Below, in pieces: positions 59,001 to 64,000 of a stretch of 64,000 nt of DNA (position 1 is the stretch's first letter; every line of letters begins with the position of its first letter). Source of the stretch: Diadema antillarum (lineage: Eukaryota); NCBI RefSeq assembly GCF_040938485.1, contig NW_027271056.1:2356001-2420000 (forward strand), written 5' to 3'. The notes under the pieces are model-generated. The model saw only the letters and a list, made by a program, of their open reading frames with translations, did no database searches and had not been told where the DNA came from. The position numbers and the translations under genes are program-made.

Positions 59001-62000
59001 AATGAGCACGAAATATGAAATGATTATCATCTCGGTATAGCATAACTAAAGTTTTGTTGAGGAATCAAACAACTCATATAATCGAAAAACAACAACAACA
59101 AACTAACAAACAAAAACAAAACAAGCAAAACAAAGCAGTCTGCAGAAGATAATATGCAACATTATAGACGGTCGATGATGCATTTAGTGCTATCGTTATC
59201 ATAATCAGGATGCATTTTTTTCCTTTATCAAATATCCATATTAATTGTGATACATTATATGCATATTTTGTGTTTCTGTGTTGCATAATCATAGGTCGCA
59301 ATCTACTTCAAGGCAGAACATGAATTAAAGAATCATCGAATCTAACGTTTACTCTCAAATTGCGTCTGTTCGTACGACATGTCTCTTAACCATCAGATTA
59401 TTAAACCACAGTCACAAAATCATATTTTTCTGTATTTTTTATGACTTTTGTAATGGACTTGGGTTTTGTTAGGATGTAAATCTTGGAAGGAGTATAACAG
59501 GAATTCCCATGCCTTGCCGAGTATAGAAGTGGGAAGAAGTAAACAATGACAGATTCATCCAATGCAAGTATGTTCACTGTAATGTTCTATGTAAATTTCA
59601 TGTTGTAAGTTCAATTTATTGAGCAGCCCACATCTCTACAAGCTTGTATTTTACGTGGATCTCTTTTGCAATAATTAACAACAACTATTTTGAAAAAAAA
59701 AATAGTTTCATATATGTATGTTTATAGATTGTTGTAGTACATTGTTCGTTTGTTTTCCTTGAAATTGTATCTCGAAAACAAAAAATGTGATATTGGAAAT
59801 GAAGTTTGATTTGAATTGAATTGAATGCTTGTAATAACATGACTATGTTGTGCCTTATAGAGAAAGCTCAAGCTGTGGAGATAGAATAATGGTCACAGTT
59901 CAAAAATGTAAGAAACAAAATACAACATTTTTCAGCTACTGGTTCTTTTTTAGGTTGCGTCCTAATGTTTTCTTTGAATGTATTGACTTATTGAAAACAC
60001 TTCTAAAATAATGTACAAATCTCCGACATAGTAGACAGCGAAAAATGGCAGAGCCAGATTTTTCGTTTCTTCTTGATTGCCCGTAGGCTGGAAAAGGCGG
60101 GAATTCACAACTCACTGTAGGATGTGTGAATTATACAGCCAGTCAGTGACAAAGAGAAGTAGGAGGAAGGGGGGGGGGGGGGTGGGCAGTAGAGTGACTT
60201 AGTCTACTGTTTTAACGTCATATCTGAATCCTTCCTTTTTTTCTCTCTCTCTCTTCTTTGTGTATACCCATTATGGTAGCATGAAGGAGATCAGTAAAAC
60301 TATAGAGCATTTTTTAATTTTTTTTTTCAAAAACTAAAAGCAGTGATTACTGATTTGAGAAAAAGAAAGAAATAGGAAGTCCAGTAAATTCCTCTCTCAT
60401 GCAAAGTAACGTTTGTCATGATGCTGAATTAACATCATTTTAAAAACATATCATTTGTTGCTATTTTTGCTATGGATTCTATCATGTATACACACTGATG
60501 ACTAAATTCGTGAAATCAGTAAACTTTGTGGTGCAGAAAATAAAGGGAGAAAATATGAGCGATGGTAAGAAAAAAAAAAGAAAATGAAGGAGAACGAAAA
60601 AGAAGGCAGATAGTGATATATCGTAAGGGAAGTAAAACAGATACACTAGTATTTGAAAGAACAAAACGTCAGATAGATAATAGAAAGATAGATAGATATG
60701 GGTAGATAGGTAGATAGAGAGAGAGTGAAAGAGAGAGAAGAACGAAAGGAAAGAAAGAAAAAAAAAAAGAAAGAAAGAAAGAAGGGGAGAGAGAGAGAGA
60801 GAGAGGGGGGGGGGTAGTATTGTATCGAGGAGACATGAGACAGTATGGCCGTGTCAGCCGAGCTCATCCTGGCGTTTTCCGCACGGGTGTGGGACAAGGG
60901 GACAGCGGGAAGAATTCTGCCCGGGTTTTGGCCGTATTCTCTCCACTCGAAGTGTGCCCTGAAAGGCGATATCGCCTTGCAATAAATCAATTCCATTTGC
61001 AGGGCACAAATATACATTTACAACATACAATCGTTTCATCTCCCCCCATCCCCCCCCCCTCCTTTTTTTCCTCAGAAGTGCCTCGTATCATTGCTTCTCT
61101 CTAATCATACAGATTTGTTAACTTTAGCTAATAGTGTTTGCGGTGGGAAATCGAGCATACACTGTAAATTTGTACTCCAACAGCAATTTATCGTTGTTTA
61201 CACCTGTGGCATGCATGTCCTATGCCTGGGTTAAACCAAACACATTGTGAATGCGTAACCAACAACAAAAATACAGTACCCTGGCGGGGAAAAAGTGTAT
61301 TTGATCGTAGTAAAGTGGTCTGTGAAATGAATCGAAACTTATTTGAGTTTGTCTAGGATTTTGACAATTTGCTTATTATTGGAAGTTTGTATGTGTCCCG
61401 ATGAGAATTATCGTGCTTTTTTCTCATTTTTCGGTATACTTTTTTTTTCCTGGATCGCTTCTTACTGGCTCGGATCGAGACAAGTATTGCATTCATGTCA
61501 TCGAGGCAGGCCAGACAGAGTTGATATTGAGAACATTACGTTCAAGTTGCTCTGTCCATGTTAGCCTGCAGGATCCGGACGTATGAGTCATGCGCCGAGT
61601 ATTCCGAGCCAATCATACGAAATGAACTCTAATATCTTGCTTGTTCTGGCCAATCATCCGTGGTCTTTGTTTTTGTTTTTGTTTTGTTTTTGAGGACCAG
61701 GAAGAATGATACAAGTCGGCCCACTTTACAGAGAAGAGTAAACTTGTTTTTATAATCGCTCATCAAAACGGAAATTTACCAAAATCAGAAAAACATTTCA
61801 CTAGAGTGAGGAGAACCTCGATTTTCTCTTTTTTAAAATTAGTTTTCAGCAAAAGAAAAAAAAACGGAGGCAACTTGTGTTCTTCCAAGTTGTGGCAACA
61901 GGTTGGAATGCGTCTATAGAATGTGACAGTTCTCGCGCACTTTCTCGCGTTCCTGAGGCATTGGTAAAACGGATCGCCCTCGTAGCTCGTTCGTTATTTT

Positions 62001-64000
62001 TTGAAAGCGCCGCGCCCAAATTTGCCAAAGAAGATGGATCTGTTTGAAGTGTTCGAGGTCAATGATGTCCGTATTAGGCCAAGAAGCGACGAAATCGAGT
62101 TTTAAACCTCGCGGAGAAAACGAATGCGTTCTGACATGTCGTTCAAAGAGAAAGAAGAAGAAATCGCCCGCCCTGCGTAAATTGAGGGGAGGGATGAATC
62201 TTCATCGAACGAGAATTCGCGATTTTTCTTACCCTTTATCAACTGAAGTGAACTTTATTGTTTCTCGCCATACCAAGAACACGAGCCTCGCTCTGCATCA
62301 AATTTAAGTCATAGAACTTGTCGAAATGTGTCGATGTCTGTCTTGTCGTCGGTGACATGTTGGTGGTAAAGACAGACGACTGCCGCCGATTAGTGGCACT
62401 ATGTGGCAATTCAGACGTTTTATTCCACATCAATGGGCTCCGCGGGAAAACCATCAAACAAAGCTAAACGCGAGAACCGAATCTCTTCAAACTCCATCAT
62501 GAGGGTGTTCGTCTGAAAAACACACAGTCGTTGATGTCATTTCTCCACCACCGACAGAATTGGCCCGACGCAATAAACCGCAATTTCTGCGCTCATTCTG
62601 CTTTGTTTTGTGTGTTTCCTTTTTTATTTTCGAGGCTTTGTGATTTGTGGCGCTCTCTTGCGCTGCTGACGAGAAGTGGCACGCTGAATCACGAGTGGTG
62701 GAGGGCTGCTCGCTTCGGCAGAGCGTCGACGCGGCGAGAATTCTTCGCCGTCGGTTTAGGACACAACACACGGGTGACTGGAGGGCATTTTGTGCCTTGG
62801 CCTGAGCCAAAATTTCTGTGAGGCTCTTGAGTCATGCGCTTCAGCGATCAACACTTGTAATTCCTCAAACGGAAGTAAAGAAATCTCTGTTGTTGTTTTT
62901 TTTTGTTCTGTTGCCGTTGTTGTTTGCAAATGATTATTTTTCATATAAAAAGTTTTCTCGAAGGAGCAACACTTCAATGAATAAACTAAGCATAAAAAGT
63001 TGATCTCAACCACGAGCTATACAAGGGAAGCATAATTGCTTCGTCGGTGAAAAAGAAAAATTAGTAGATCTTTGTTTCAATCTCGCACAGTATAATATAA
63101 AATGACCCTTAATCAATTCACAGCACACAAATGTTATCCACTGCGTGTAAAGAAAAATTCGCTCTTATCAGTAGACCTTGAGGTCCACTCGGTCGGCACG
63201 CCTTTAAACTATCGTCTTTCTTTGACGCGTGCTACTGTGACGAGCGTTATTTGCACACTTGCAAATTATGCGAAGTAGAAATGAAATATGCTCTTTGTTT
63301 ATTAGTGACTTTTTTTTCTGCCTCCCCGTTTGCTTTTGGCACGGTTGATACGTTTCCGTCAACAGACGTGTACGAGATGGCTTTCATGTTAAGCCTGCGT
63401 GCGTTGAAATGGATAAAGCCTGCATGTCTTTGCTAAATACCAGTTTTAATTGATATATTTTATAAGGATTTGAAGATATGTACTCTTAGAAGAAACATTT
63501 ATGGAATGCGTAAAGGCGTATACTGCCACGCATTTTACAAACGTAACATCGACATCATGTGAATGTCAACAATACTTTACATCTATACAACTATCTACGT
63601 TGAACGCTTAGGCAGAATATAATGATACAATATAGCGTTGTAATATCGTTGTATTCTTCTTCTTTTATATTTCTGGATTTTATTGATCAGAACGAAAACA
63701 TTGTTCTTTTTCATAAATCATATGACATATACATTTTTGACATCACGAAACAAACATTTTAATAGCATTCAATGATAGTAAACTTACCAGGCGTCTGATC
63801 CTTTTTTTGACTATACTCTTTTGTATTCTTCTTGATAGCAGACAGGCTTCAGCTGTCTGGTTAGAGAATAGAAGGGGGAGGGGGAGGGGGAGGGTAGAGG
63901 GTGCAAGACTGTATGACTGGTGGTCATCACACAGCCGAACAAGAACGCATGATCATATGTCTTCCTCGTCCAACATACCTTTTTTTATATCCAGAGTCCC

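Overview
Eukaryotic (animal) genomic DNA from a gapped short-read-type scaffold (four N runs). A marine invertebrate, probably an echinoderm or other deuterostome, is my inference from gene content and repeat families. Left part: the first three coding exons of CCT5 (TCP1-epsilon) on the minus strand, running off the left edge, with a GC-AG first intron of 6.8 kb packed with nested non-autonomous DNA transposons. Head-to-head with CCT5 (ATGs 523 bp apart) is a complete 3-exon, 150-aa TEX49/SPMIP11-like sperm microtubule inner protein gene. From about 11.6 to 55.4 kb is a gene-poor stretch with MITEs (Kolobok-, piggyBac-, Harbinger-like and unclassified foldbacks), a decayed L1-Tx1 LINE, a 5'-truncated L2/CR1 LINE, a tRNA-derived SINE, many microsatellites and enhancer-like islands. 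At 55.4-56.1 kb is the first coding exon of an eh1-motif developmental transcription factor (best guess Gbx); no DNA-binding exon is visible in the window. I did not find an unambiguous novel biological system. The most unusual signals are a foldback element built from CCTCATGAGG palindromes, a transposon end overlapping the predicted CCT5 branch point, the GC donor with a competing frameshifting GT, the CCT5/TEX49 bidirectional promoter with an X-box, and a foldback family with conserved asymmetric termini.
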